From Laetmonice hystrix (Eukaryota): a stretch of 64,000 nucleotides of DNA. Location: NCBI GenBank assembly GCA_965235115.1, contig OZ249441.1:12028001-12092000 (forward strand). The letters run 5' to 3'. Below, one piece after another: positions 39,982 through 53,462 of this stretch; positions within the stretch are counted from its first letter, which is position 1; each line of letters begins with the position of its first letter. Position numbers and translations under genes: made by a program. The notes beneath the pieces are model-generated. The model saw nothing but the letters and a program-made list of their open reading frames with translations, was not told the DNA's origin and did not search any database.

Positions 39982-40564
39982 CCTCGTCTCACCAACACCT
40001 ACCTCGTCACCCGTGCCCTCTTAAACCCTATGTCAATACAAGCCCGCTGTCACCTACCTCACCCCCTCGCCATGCCCGGGGTGCTGCCCACCCTCCCCCG
40101 GCGTGTGTCTCATCTCCAACTCTGATTTGTTTAACAGTCTCATTGGTCAATATAATCTACATAATAATTAATTACCACAGAAGCTTTCACTAAGTGTACA
40201 CCGGGTGACAAGGGAAGGTTCAGGTACATGTAGTCAAGGCGTCCTTTTTGTTGGCTGCCTTAATTAAGGCATATATTAAATTCACTTTTGAATACACATT
40301 GAATAATGTAGTTAATTACACCTTACACGCTTAGCATACAGAAGGGATTGGACATGTCTGTTTCTCTTTATACCAACCCCATTCCAACCACCCACACATA
40401 CAAAATCTACCCAGAATATTATAACAAATAAATTCGGTATTACCAATATCACTTGCTGTAAATGTTGGTTGATCACAACACATTGATCCAACATGTTATT
40501 TAACAGTAGTTCTGCACACACAGCTGACATTGTATCCAATGTCAATGACGACGGTCTCGCTTAC

Positions 40565-40860
40565 TCGGCCAGCTTTTGTTAAATGCAAACTACGGGTAAA
40601 TCTTGCCACTGATGCCAAGGGGGCAAAACTTTCCCGCCTACTTCAAGCACGGGGTGTCCGACCATCTCCTTGCTGCCGCTTCCAGCGCACCTACCGGCGG
40701 CAGCCAACAATAACAGCATGCTGACGGGACCTCATCTCCTGTCGTGGTGCCCGTGGCTGATTGGCGACGTCTGGACTCTCAGTGGCACCGATCGCAGTAA
40801 TTAGACCAGCAAACAGAATGCTGTGTGTATTGGCCAATAGGCGCCAACTGTCAGAGCCGC
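40565..40860 (-). promoter_or_regulatory. Candidate alternative promoter and non-coding first exon
   Basis: ATTGG at 40760 and ATTGGCCAAT at 40829-40838, CpG-rich, followed by a strong donor ccga|gtaagc at 40565; 0.6 kb upstream of the 39970 exon. Confidence 0.3.
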
Positions 40861-42220
40861 TCGTCCCTTTCATCGTGGCCGGCACGACCCTGTGGTTACC
40901 GCTTCCACAAAGCCCTTCACCCGCCCCAAATACAAACACTCCAACTCGCGCCATCATTTTAATACCGACGTTCAAAGGTATTATTTCATCTTTTCATTTC
41001 CCGTTGGCGGGCGTGGGTGCCGGATCAGATCGTGTTTGCCCAGAGGTAGCCGAGAGGTGGGGGTGAAGTGGTGCTCGCCGGGCTGGGCGGCAGACAAAGG
41101 GATCCGGGACCAGCAGCCACGGCCGACTGACCGGCAAGCCGGCCCGACTCCCTCTTCTCATCATCATCCACCCTCTGATGTTCTCAAACTATAGGCCGGA
41201 CACTTAATGGTCAATCTTTGATGGTAAATCACAGTCAACATCGTAAAGTCCAACCAAAACATGCATAAAGATCTGTCCAAGGCTGTATCTAGGCGGCACA
41301 GTCTGTGGCAACATATAGCTTTATGATTCAGGGCACGCAGAGACAGGATGAACAGAGTCTATAAATTGTACATCAAGGAGGCTGGTGTTTTCTCTAAACT
41401 AGTTCCTTATCGTACTGGGTATTCATATATTGGCCACACTTTCCTTCGACTTTAGCGAGGAGATAGGACGGAATACAAAGTCAATCAGAGTGTGCTCTCC
41501 TGTAATGGCGGGTGATTTCCTTCATGCACGTTCTCCATGGTTACGTCAATCAGTCACTGGTTGACGGCTTAATGCTCTCCCTCAGTTTTATTGTTTCCTT
41601 CTATTTTTATTTCTATTGTTGCCATTAATCAAAATGACATATTACACAGTTTAATCAAACTATAAAAAAGTTTTGACTAATAAGTCAAATGTTTTATCAC
41701 ACACCACTCCACAAGGGGTATGCCTATAAACCCTATCCTTTGATATAAACGACTTTTCCCCCCAATATGAGCGACTATCTATTCATTTTGTATGTATCCA
41801 GTATACTATAGCCTATTTGTGTGATTGCCCTTACTACCAGCACTTCCGTCTTCAATCAGGCTGCCACCGCCATTTACATTACATCTTCCTGGCAGGTTAC
41901 TCAATTCTACCGGAACACTTGGAACGGGGATAAAGTTCTGTTACCAGGCATTTCTTAAACTCTTATAACACTGAGGATGAAAAATAACACTTTTGTCATA
42001 TTACAACGATGCCCAACGCAATTGTGCTCTTCATCGACGACCAATAAAGGGTTTCGCCTGATACCAACATAACATGATGTATTATCACTCAGCGGCACAG
42101 CAGATTGCAACTGTTTTGCTCTCTGACTTAATCATCCATTAGCCCCTTACAATTGATATAAATGCCGTGTTCTGATTGTATTTGCATTGTTTAGAAAGTC
42201 ATTTAGGGCCGGGCCGAGTC

Positions 42221-42232
42221 CCAGTAGGGGGC
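42221..42232 (+). promoter_or_regulatory. CTCF-like motif
   Basis: CCAGTAGGGGGC, exact core match. Confidence 0.3.
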
Positions 42233-45200
42233 TTGTTAAGCTAAAATGCTCGACCCAAAGACGAATGAGCGGGGCGGCTTGCTGCAGATTTGTGGATTCT
42301 AATCTTCACAGATTATTATAGGATTCACACTGAACGGCGCGCATAGTTTAACAGAAATCTGCACAATCTGCACGAACACATTCAGGCCAAGTGCTGAATC
42401 CCTTTTCTATACCTTCACTGAATTGCTCGTTAATATCGACAGTTACTAACTAAAGGAACCTTAGATCTCTACACTTCAGACAATAATTTACAGTCAGCTT
42501 CCCATAGAACCACTCATTGTAGCCTCAGTTTTAAGAATAGCACGTCATGTTCGGGATGTCTCTCATGACGCCATTAAGACGGCCGACGATTTTTTGGCGC
42601 CCGTTTCACGAGCTGATTCCGGCTCGTTCAATACGCGGAGCTGTGCCGCTGTACCAACGCCTGACAGCGTCGGGACCTCGGCCTTGACACGAAACACGAG
42701 CGCACGTCAACGACGCTCTGATATGCAAACGTAAACGGCGCCTGTGATTGGCATAATGCTCAGGCGAAACAATGCATCCGATGGCGACTGTCAGTGAACG
42801 GGGCCCGCAGACTGGCAAACTTCCCGCCCACAATCAAAGGGCCGGCCAAGACGTGGACGTCTCTCAATAATTTATGAATTTTTCCTGCAATTAAGTGCCA
42901 AACCATCGGCGAAGCTGAGCCAGGCTGGCTTTAGCAAACATCAGAGATCTCCGCGATTCTTGTTCTACAGGGATGCTGATGACCTTTGACCCCTCAAAGG
43001 TCACCAGTGATGGATGAGGAAGGGTGAGCGTTGGACAAATAACTCTTCCACATCTGAGGCTGAGCTGGATAGCGTGTCAGATATCAAGAACATCAACCCT
43101 CGCACCACTAAAAAAAACTTCGAGATGCGGGTGGGCTGTACCGCTCTTGATGCATGGGTGTGATTTCTGCCAGCCAGCAATGGCTTTAATCTGTTTGACA
43201 CCATCAGTTGCAGGTGGGGATTTCGGTAGCAATATGCTGAACGTCAGTCAGGAGAAAATAACACGATGATTGAACGGCAAATCCCACCGAGCAGTGTCTT
43301 CGATGACAAGCTCAGCTGTTTGACCCAAAACTAATCCATCAGCTGTGAGATTGAAACAAAGTGGATTGCTCAGCTGTGGCTCACTGCAACCCTTGACATA
43401 CGCTATACACTACCTCAGAAATTCATTGAAATCTCATCCTTAAAATGATTGATACGTCTTACTCGTCAGTCATGACAGATCATGAATATTCATAAGACTA
43501 CTGACCTGCTGCCTCCTCATTTGCATGGCAATTGGGCTGGGGCTGCAACGGGGACCTGCAAGAGATGAAAGGAGGAAGAATTAATAGTTGGTTTATGTAT
43601 CTGTGACCCTGCAGTCATAGCTATCTGATGGTCCACTCGATTCCATTCAATCCCTATCTGATCTGGGACACTTTGTTACCGTGGCAATTGTCCCCACCCA
43701 CTCATGTGTGAACACTCCATCCATGATACGGTGGATTGATGACATTTGCACACACAAATGCTGAACATCATAAATTTACCGAAAACAGGTCAAATTGAAA
43801 AGAGCTATTATTCACGGTTCTACTACGGCCCAACGCTTTTATTGTTGACTCCGGGATAATATGCAACAGTGAGAAATAGGTGGGGAATATTCACATGAGT
43901 TAATTAGGTAGATATCAAATATACATTAGAGTAATATGCTGGCGCATCACGGTTTCCCTGCTGTAATGCAGTGACTGGTTATGTAATAAAATCGTCCAAT
44001 CTCTAAATTATCAGTTTCGAGGCTTCTTATGTCCAAAGTGTGATGTATATAAAAATAAGGCATGCATACAAATATACCCAATCAATTTATAACAGAAAAA
44101 TAGTGAAATTATGGCCATGAATATTCAAAGGTCTTTAAGTAATTATGGAAGGTAGTTTAGACATTATGTGACGTAAATTGTGTTTATGTGATTGTAATCG
44201 GACAATCTGCATGATGCGACCTCAAAATAATGCAGTTACAATTATTATTTCAAATGATATTAATTAACACTCCTGATAGTATCTCCTAAACAAAACTTCA
44301 AGCGCAGTGACGTACAAAGAAAACAATCCTTCAAAACACACAAAAAAGCAAACTTGCGGGATCATAGCAAAACCACATTAACTGGTAAACACAGAAGGGG
44401 AAAATATGCGTGAATAAAGAATGATTTTTTTTCTGAATACGTCGCCAGGAAAACAATATTTATACCATAAATCTGGACTTTAGTCAGAAATAATGTTTAA
44501 CAGAAATCATCACGGATATTTTGATTTTGAGAAATCTTAGAAATCACTTGCTCTGAAAGAATTCCAACAGATTAGGGAGATGGAACATAATATATTATGT
44601 AGCTCCCATCTGTTATTGAGGGGTTTAAAAACTCTTATCTTCCTCGGGAAAGGAAAAAAGTGCTTTGGTGTAGATCTCAAATATGCATGACAGACTCATT
44701 AGCCACCGGTTTTTTTCTACAGACCAGCCTGATTTGTAGCCTTAAATCGAATGCATCTGTACGATTAGTTCTTCCCTTTGAAGTGTGACAAGGATGACTG
44801 CGATATTTCGCTATCAGCGATAACATTGCGATGCTTTCAGTATGATTCCTCGATCTACACCCAATAGGGTGCATCATCTAAAAACAGACTTGAAATGCAG
44901 GGGGGGGGGGGAGAATTTCATTTTTACATGTCAACTCCGACTGCATGCCAGGAACATATCTGAGCTGGATCCATCTATCCTGGTTTGGGAATCGGTGTGC
45001 CGATAGTCATCAGCGCACTCGTTGTCGGAAGGCTTTTAGCATTAATTGTAGCAAATGCTTGGCTAAATGATGGACGAGCTGGCAGAAGGGTTCCATTATT
45101 TGTGGTTGCTGACGGTGGCTGCTGACGGAGACAACAGCCATACACGCCTTTCCCATTACTTTTTCAAAGAATTTTAATGAAGTTATTTTTCCTTGTGGTC

Positions 45201-47094
45201 GATTGTTTGTATTAATCTAAAGAATATAGTGAAGAGTTAGTGAGGTGCTATAATGGTAACACACGCATGACCACAGAATTCTAATGTTGCTCACCAGTTC
45301 TGCCAGATGGTTATCTGATTAGTTCTGCATTTCGCAGAATTATTTTAAAAATTTAACACTAAATTAGGATTTGATCTTTAGAAAGCCGGCTTCTTAATCT
45401 ACCTTTCACAACTGTACAAATACCGTATCGAATTAAAGATAAATGTACAACTGATTTTGCCGGCCCTGGAACCATTCACTCATGAACAATTGAATTACAT
45501 GGACCAATCGCCACAATAAACTTCGCTCTGATTCAATTTAAATCTAAATTATCCATGAACCATCTAAAAATAGGCTACCGGGGTGCTTTGGTGTATCATG
45601 GTAAGTTCCAGCTCAAGTTTGAAAAGAAGCATATTTCCTTTACCTATACAAAAGAACTAGGAATATGTCGCAATTACAGACCTACATTAAATCATCTGGC
45701 AAGTATCTAATAAACAATATACAGTTTATTGACTCATTATTTTTTACAAGTTTCTGGGGAGTAACGAGGAATTTGATATTGTTGATGCACTGCTCGGACT
45801 GAGTGTAAGTCTGATCAGGTAGTGGCCATCGGGAATATTGACCGTCTGTATGGACGATAAATCATAGTACTGTCCCTAACACCTGTCTCCACCGAATACT
45901 AATATCATATCAACAAAACATCACTATTGACCTGGAAGTGAGTTTTTGTCGGCCTGTGTGAATGTGTGGGGGTGACAGTTTGGCACCGTCCACCCCCTAC
46001 CCGCCATATTAACATCAGCGTGCTGTCGCCTCCCTTCTTCACATCAGCAAATGGTCGACATTCACAGCCGGCCCAAACTACACGTTGCCTTTGGTGAAAT
46101 TGGCCCCGCAATGTTGGCGGTCAAATCAACTCTGACACTGCTGTATGGTAATACATCTCAGCGAAATTCATGTCCACAGGGGCACTGCTGGCATTTCACC
46201 GTGCCCACACTGCCCACCAGTAATACTGAACACACACGATTTGCTGTGAAATTAAACTCACGTGATGTAGGAAGTCGCACCCATTCCTGACCCCTCCATA
46301 TGAACGGTTCGGAGTGCCATATTTGTACGCCCCCATATTGCTTCTAACGTAAAATATCTAGAGTGGTATCTCAAAAGGAGAGCTTCTCTATAGCTAAAGA
46401 AGTCCCACCTTTCACAAAATTAACATTGGATCTAGATTATTGGCACTTCTTTTGGTTCTTTAATCTGCCTAAATGAAAGTATTGATATTTTTAGATTTAA
46501 AGATCAACTGATACGTCAGTATCATTAAGACGGCTCCAGGTGTTCAAAAATAATACTGACCTGAAACTTCAATCATATTTCTTCTATAAAACTACCGTGT
46601 GAAACGTTTCCGATAACTGTAGAAATATCGCCATAGCAACCCTTCCTACGCTTGACCTCTCAACGCTCACTCCAAGACCACCGACATGTCACTGGACAGC
46701 ATGTAGCTGTCACAGATTGACCGCTGGTCAGTTTGTGCTGTCTGCCCCTCAGATCTGGCCAAGCTGTCCTCGCTCTGGCCCCATCTCATCAGTGACCGCT
46801 CTAAGCCCTTATAACCGTCCCAAATGTCACTCTAAGCACATTAGCTATCGGCCTTTCCCCACAAACCAACCAGCCTTGCGATCAACACCACTGACCCTTT
46901 CGCTATTTGAGTGATGCCACTCCATCGAGATGTCAATCCCCTGTCCAATTTACTGGTCAATTCCGTATTGAACTGGCCAGCCGACAGCTGGCCTTGCCTT
47001 GTATTGGCATTTGTAGAGTGTGCGATTACTAGCCAGCTCGGTTGAGCTCTGATCAGAAGGCAATGGACCTCTCACTCCGCCTGCGTGTTCATTT

Positions 47095-48545
47095 CATTGT
47101 GCCCGGGAACGCCATTTATGTCCTGGTTGTTGGTGGTGACCCATTGAAGCGACAAGGTGCTCTCTCTGTGTGCCTGATGTACCTGTTTGAGTACTGACCT
47201 TGGAGCTGATACCACCTTTCTGTCTCTGTGCCTGATGTACCTGTTTGAGTACTGACCTTGGAGCTGATCTGTCACGATCTCTGCATCCTATCTCACAGGG
47301 CAAACTTCTCTCAACATTGTGCCCGAGAACGCCATGTCCTGGTTGTTGGTGGTGACCCATTGAAGCGACAAGGTGCTCTCTCTGTGCCTGATGTACCTGT
47401 TTGAGTACTGACCTTGGAGCTGATACCACCTTTCTGTCTCTGTGCCTGATGTACCTGTTTGAGTACTGACCTTGGAGCTGATACCACCTTTCTGTCTCTG
47501 TGCCTGATGTACCTGTTTGAGTACTGACCTTGGAGATGATCTGTCACGATCTCTGGATCCTATCTCACAGGGCAAACTTCTCTCAACACATTGTGCCCGA
47601 GAACGTCATTTATGTCCTAGTTGTTGGTGGTGACCCATTGAAGCGACAAGGTGCTCTCTCTGTGCCTGATGTACCTGTTTGAGTACTGACCTTGGAGCTG
47701 ATCTGTTACGATCTCTGGATCCTATCTCACAGGGCAAACTTCTCTCAACACATTGTGCCCGAGAACGCCATGTCCTGGTTGTTGGTGGTGACCCAATGAA
47801 GCGACAAGGTGCTCTCTCTGTGCCTGATGTACCTGTTTGAGTACTGACCTTGGAGCTGATCTGTTACGATCTCTGGATCCTATCTCACAGGGCAAACTTC
47901 TCTCAACACATTGTGCCCGAGAACGTCATTTATGTCCTAGTTGTTGGTGGTGACCCATTGAAGCGACAAGGTGCTCTCTCTCTGTGCCTGATGTACCTGC
48001 TTGAGTACTGACCTTGGAGATGTTCTGTCACGATCTCTGGATCCTATCTCACAGGGCAAACTTCTCTCAACACATTGTGCCCGAGAACGCCATGTCCTGG
48101 TTGTTGGTGGTGACCCAATGAAGCGACAAGGTGCTCTCTCTGTGCCTGATGTACCTGCTTGAGTACTGACCTTGGAGATGATCTGTCACGATCTCTGGAT
48201 CCTATCTCACAGGGCAAACTTCTCTCAACACATTGTGCCCGAGAACGTCATTTATGTCCTAGTTGTTGGTGGTGACCCAATGAAGCGACAAGGTGCTCTC
48301 TCTGTGCCTGATGTACCTGCTTGAGTACTGACCTTGGAGATGATCTGTTACGATCTCTGGATCCTATCTCACAGGGCAAACTTCTCTCAACACATTGTGC
48401 CCGAGAACGCCATGTCCTGGTTGTTGGTGGTGACCCAATGAAGCGACAAGGTGCTCTCTCTGTGCCTGATGTACCTGCTTGAGTACTGACCTTGGAGCTG
48501 ATACCACCTTTCTGTCACGATCTCTGCATCCTATCTCACAAACTT
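47095..48545. repeat. ~160-bp satellite-like array with a 58-bp subrepeat and dimeric higher-order structure
   Basis: GAGAAC anchor at 47599, 47761, 47919, 48083, 48241 and 48403; 58-bp subrepeat at 47391, 47449 and 47507. Confidence 0.95.
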
Positions 48546-49962
48546 CTCTCACAACACTTGGTCACCACACCTTACCACTTTCCCATACCGTTCCACTGTA
48601 GTACAGTTCCTCACCACTACACCTCGCCACTATCTAGCCTGGCTCGTATCACTGCACGAAAGTTGTCACACTAATCTGTAAGAGCCCTTTTGTCAGCTAA
48701 GGCCGACTTAATGATAAGTCTGGTTTCTGTGTGGGGCCGGCCCAGCCTTTCATCGAGTCCGCCTGTCGCCATCAAACGGCAGCGCTCCAACAAACGCTCT
48801 GACGGCTGGCACGGAGATCCACATCTCTAAACTTCCCACTCCCTCTGATGAAGACGCCGCGCTAGGTGAACAGTTTTTAACGGTTGAGAAGATGGCCCTG
48901 TCAGCTTTAGTCTACCTGATTCACTGCGCACTGCACACCTCAAACATCGCCTCCTACGTATCTGACCTTTAATTCATTCTATAAGGGGGACACAGAAATT
49001 GTGGCCCGGTGGTTGTTTTGGTGCGATTCCTTCCGTTTCTATTCATTACACTAAAATAGGGTCTTTCTGCAGTAAACGATGAAGACATAACTGTGTGAAA
49101 TATTACTATACTCATATGTCAGATCTTTTAATAATTCGTATTGCCTTCCAGATTCTGGGTGAAAGTATCTTTTGTGGTTAACATGTAACATTATACCTCT
49201 TTCAACTACTACAATATGACCTTGTAGTGGAAACCTCATCAACCCTCCGCCACCAACCCATGTACGACATATTTTCTACAATGACAAAAGGGGTAGAACT
49301 ATACAACCCATTCACCAATCAGATAATGAGATAGATCTATGGGGAGTTCAAGCACCTGACGCCCTAGGTCTACAACCCTGAAAGTCAACCTCCACCGATC
49401 GTAAGAGTAGCAAGACATCCGGAAGCAATATTTATCGCCAAGCGTATTTGACTGAGATACTTGCGATTGATGCAGCAGTGTACAGAGAGAACCGACGCAG
49501 CAGTGGTCACGTAATTACTGTAGGTGGATTGGTGCGACATGCATGTGATGTTATAATGAATCGGAACGGCTCGCAATATTTTCCTCTGATCTCATAATAC
49601 GCGGTCATAGGCATACACTCAAACAACCCGTTTAATCACAGAGAAGCGAGGTCAGCGTTTGCAAACAGCAGTGCTAATAGAGAGACGGCCATGCAGGCAC
49701 ACACTTTCTCCCCTTCTCCATCACTGCCCTTTATATACAAGTGACAGGTCGATGCTTGCGTGAACCTTTGCATGGCAACGTTTGCCGGTAGAATGGCAAG
49801 AAATCCCTTGCTTTCCTGTCGGTCCTGAGAGAGACATGGGGTCAGGCTAGGGTCAGGTCAGGTCAAGGGGAATTAAGGGAATAGCTGAGTGGGTGTTTCA
49901 AGTCGGCTCTGGTGTCGATGTGGCAAGATGCTCGGGGAATGTACCGTAACGGAATCAATAGA

Positions 49963-52075
49963 TTGAACTGGGAGAGTGGGACAGCAACAGTTCGACGTCT
50001 ATCTGGCGTTTAGTCTATGATGAACTGGGAGTGTTTGGAGTGGGACAGCAACAGTTCGACCTCTATCTGGCGTTTAGTCTATAATGAACTGGGAGTGTTT
50101 GGAGTGGGACAGTTCGACCTCTATCTGGCGTTTAGTCTATGATGAACTGGGAGTGTTTGGAGTGGGACAGTTCGACGTCTATCTGGCGTTTAGTCTATGA
50201 TGAACTGGGAGTGTTTGGAGTGGGACAGTTCGACCTCTATCTGGCGTTTAGTCTATGATGAACTGGGAGTGTTTGGAGTGGGACAGTTCGACCTCTATCT
50301 GGCTTTTAGTCTGTGATGAACTGGGAGTGTTTGGAGTGGGACAGTTCCACGTCTATCTGGCGTTTAGTCTATGATGAACTGGGAGTGTTTGGAGTGGGAC
50401 AGTTCGACGTCTATCTGGCGTTTAGTCTATGATGAACTGGGAGTGTTTGGAGTGGGACAGCAACAGTTCGACCTCTATCTGGCGTTTAGTCTATGATGAA
50501 CTGGGAATGTTTGGAGTGGGACAGTTCGACGTCTATCTGGCGTTTAGTCTATGATGAACTGGGAGTATTTGGAGTGGGACAGCAACAGCTCGACGTCTAT
50601 CTGGCGTTTAGTCTATGATGAACTGGGAGTGTTTGGAGTGGGACAGCAACAGCTCGACGTCTATCTGGCGTTTAGTCTATGATGAACTGGGAGTGTTTGG
50701 AGTGGGACAGTTCGACGTCTATCTGGCGTTTAGTCTATGATGAACTGGGAGTGTTTGGAGTGGGACAGTTCGACGTCTATCTGGTGTTTAGTCTATGATG
50801 AACTGGGAGTGTTTTGAGTGGGACAGCAACAGTTCGACGTCTATCTGGCTTTTAGTCTATGATGAACTGGGAGTCTTTGGAGTGGGACAGTTCGACGTCT
50901 ATCTGGTGTTTAGTCTATGATGAACTGGGAGTGTTTGGAGTGGGACAGTTCGACATCTACCTGGTGTTTAGTCTATGATGAACTGGGAGTGTTTGAAGTG
51001 GGACAGCAACAGTTCGACGTCTATCTGGCGTTTAGTCTATGATGAACTGGGAGTGTTTGGTTGGAGTGGGACAGCAACAGTTCGACCTCTATCTGGCGTT
51101 TAGTCTATGATGAACTGGGAGTGTTTGGAGTGGGACAGCAACAGTTCGACCTCTATCTGGCGTTTAGTCTATGATGAACTGGGAGTGTTTGGAGTGGGAC
51201 AGCAACAGTTCGACCTCTATCTGGCGTTTAGTGATCCCACTCCAAACACTCCCAGTTCATCATAGACTAAACGCCAGATAGACAGTGGGACAGTTCGACC
51301 TCTATCTGGCGTTTAGTCTATGATGAACTGGGAGTGTTTGGAGTGGGACAGTTCGACCTCTATCTGGCGTTTAGTCTATGATGAACTGGGAGTGTTTGGA
51401 GTGGGACAGTTCGACCTCTATCTGGCGTTTAGTCTATGATGAACTGGGAGTGTTTGGAGTGGGACAGCAACAGTTCGACCTCTATCTGGCGTTTAGTCTA
51501 TGATGAACTGGGAGTGTTTGGAGTGGGACAGCAACAGCTCGACGTCTATCTGGCGTTTAGTCTATGATGAACTGGGAGTGTTTGGAGTGGGACAGTTCGA
51601 CCTCTATCTGGCGTTTAGTCTATGATGAACTGGGAGTGTTTGGAGTGGGACAGTTCGACGTCTATCTGGCGTTTAGTCTATGATGAACTGGGAGTGTTTG
51701 GAGTGGGACAGTTCGACGTCTATCTGGCGTTTAGTCTATGATGAACTGGGAGTGTTTGGAGTGGGACAGTTCGACCTCTATCTGGCGTTTAGTCTATGAT
51801 GAACTGGGAGTGTTTGGAGTGGGACAGCAACAGTTCGACCTCTATCTGGCGTTTAGTCTATGATGAACTGGGAGTGTTTGGAGTGGGACAGTTCGACGTC
51901 TATCTGGCGTTTAGTCTATGATGAACTGGGAGTGTTTGGAGTGGGACAGTTCGACCTCTATCTGGCGTTTAGTCTATGATGAACTGGGAGTGTTTGGAGT
52001 GGGACAGCAACAGTTCGACCTCTATCTGGCGTTTAGTCTATGATGAACTGGGAGTGTTTGGAGTGGGACAGCTAC
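49963..52075. repeat. 58/64-bp minisatellite, ~35 copies, one inverted segment
   Basis: GAACTGGGAGTGTTTGGAGTGGGACAG(CAACAG)TTCGAC(C/G)TCTATCTGGCGTTTAGTCTATGAT. Confidence 0.97.
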
Positions 52076-53377
52076 AGTTCAACGTGTATCTGGTCCGCGC
52101 TTGGTCTATGATTCGCCTGAAGCATCATTGAACTTAATGCTAGCCGACCGAACAAAGAGAAACAAAAAACTACGAATTAAAGTCCATCATGAAATCTTAT
52201 CTTCCTATTCAGATCATAGAAGCATTCAAATCACTTAAATTTCACTTTATTACCGATAAATCTAAGCTTTCACTTGACCTGCCCAATAGAATCAAATGAT
52301 GCAATTTGCCGCAATGAAAGAGGAGGCCAGTTTCATGGTTCGACTGATGCAATCTGCCCCAAGTCTGATCCCTAGCCCTGCTCATCAATCCCAACCGCTG
52401 TGATATTCATCAAACGCTTAAAAGGAAAGAAAGTCGAGAACCTGCCATAATAAATCTTTCTGGTTACTTGAGCATGAACTTAGGAGTCAGTAGATCAGAC
52501 TTGTACGGTGGTGTGTGGGGGTGGGTGGGTGTGGGTGGGGGTAGGAGGTGTTGTTGTCAGGGATGGTGGAGTTAGGGAAGGGATGATCCAGAGGAAATGA
52601 TCTAAACCCAGCCGGATCAGCCTTGATTTATGACCTGCCGCAGGATCAGAGGCGACCAGAGGGGGAGGGGGTACGATCGGGCAGGAGTAGGAGGGGTACG
52701 ATCGGGCAGGAGGAGGGGGAGGACAGTCATTATTCTGGATGACTAAGGGGGTTCGTGACAGGGGACAATGGGGACCAAGTAGGATGGAGACAATCAACCA
52801 ATGGACGACTGGGAGGGATGCACACTTTGTTACAGGTCACACTTTGTTACAGGTCACACTTTCAAACGTTGCTGAGATTACTGTTTAGATACAGATATAC
52901 ACTCATACAGAGAGCCCATCAACTGCTGGCCTGGTCAGCCAGCCACAGTAGTACGGTGGGACACCCACCCTGTTCATGCTTTCGCTGTCCTGATTGTGGT
53001 GACACGTTGAAGAGAACAGACGCCAGGCTTGGGCAGTCTCATTTCAACCCAGCTCTTGATCATCTCACTGCAGAAACTGTTCTCAAAATTCTGGGACCAG
53101 TATTGTGTCATTTATTTCCGACATTTTAGCATACAAATTAGAAAGTCGCATAAAGCATAAACACCTAACAACTCTAGTAGCATATCGCATGACCCTCGAA
53201 CAGGGTGCAAGACACATTGAATATGGTCATAGCCTCACATAACAAACGGAGTTCAGGGTGAACTTCGGGATAAAATGAACGTCGACCCGGCTGTTTTTCC
53301 TGTCTACTTTCCCTCGCTTTGTTTTTGACATCCTGCGCCAGATAACAATGGTTGCTCTTCAGTTAAATATTGGAAGG

Positions 53378-53378
<1 letters not shown>

Positions 53379-53441
<63 letters not shown>

Positions 53442-53462
53442 GCCGCCGCCGCCGCCGCCGCC
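53379..53462. repeat. Compound trinucleotide (GCT)20(GCC)8
   Basis: Counted directly; uninterrupted. Confidence 0.97.

Noticed and set aside
43010-43170. SEAELDSVSDIKNINPRTTKKN resembling the N-terminus of Crypton/DUF3504 proteins
   Set aside because: About 20 residues of weak similarity with no downstream recombinase domain
49963-52075. CRISPR-like regular array (also 1283-2300 and 47095-48545)
   Set aside because: Units are head-to-tail with no unique spacers, there are no cas genes, and the context is spliceosomal and eukaryotic
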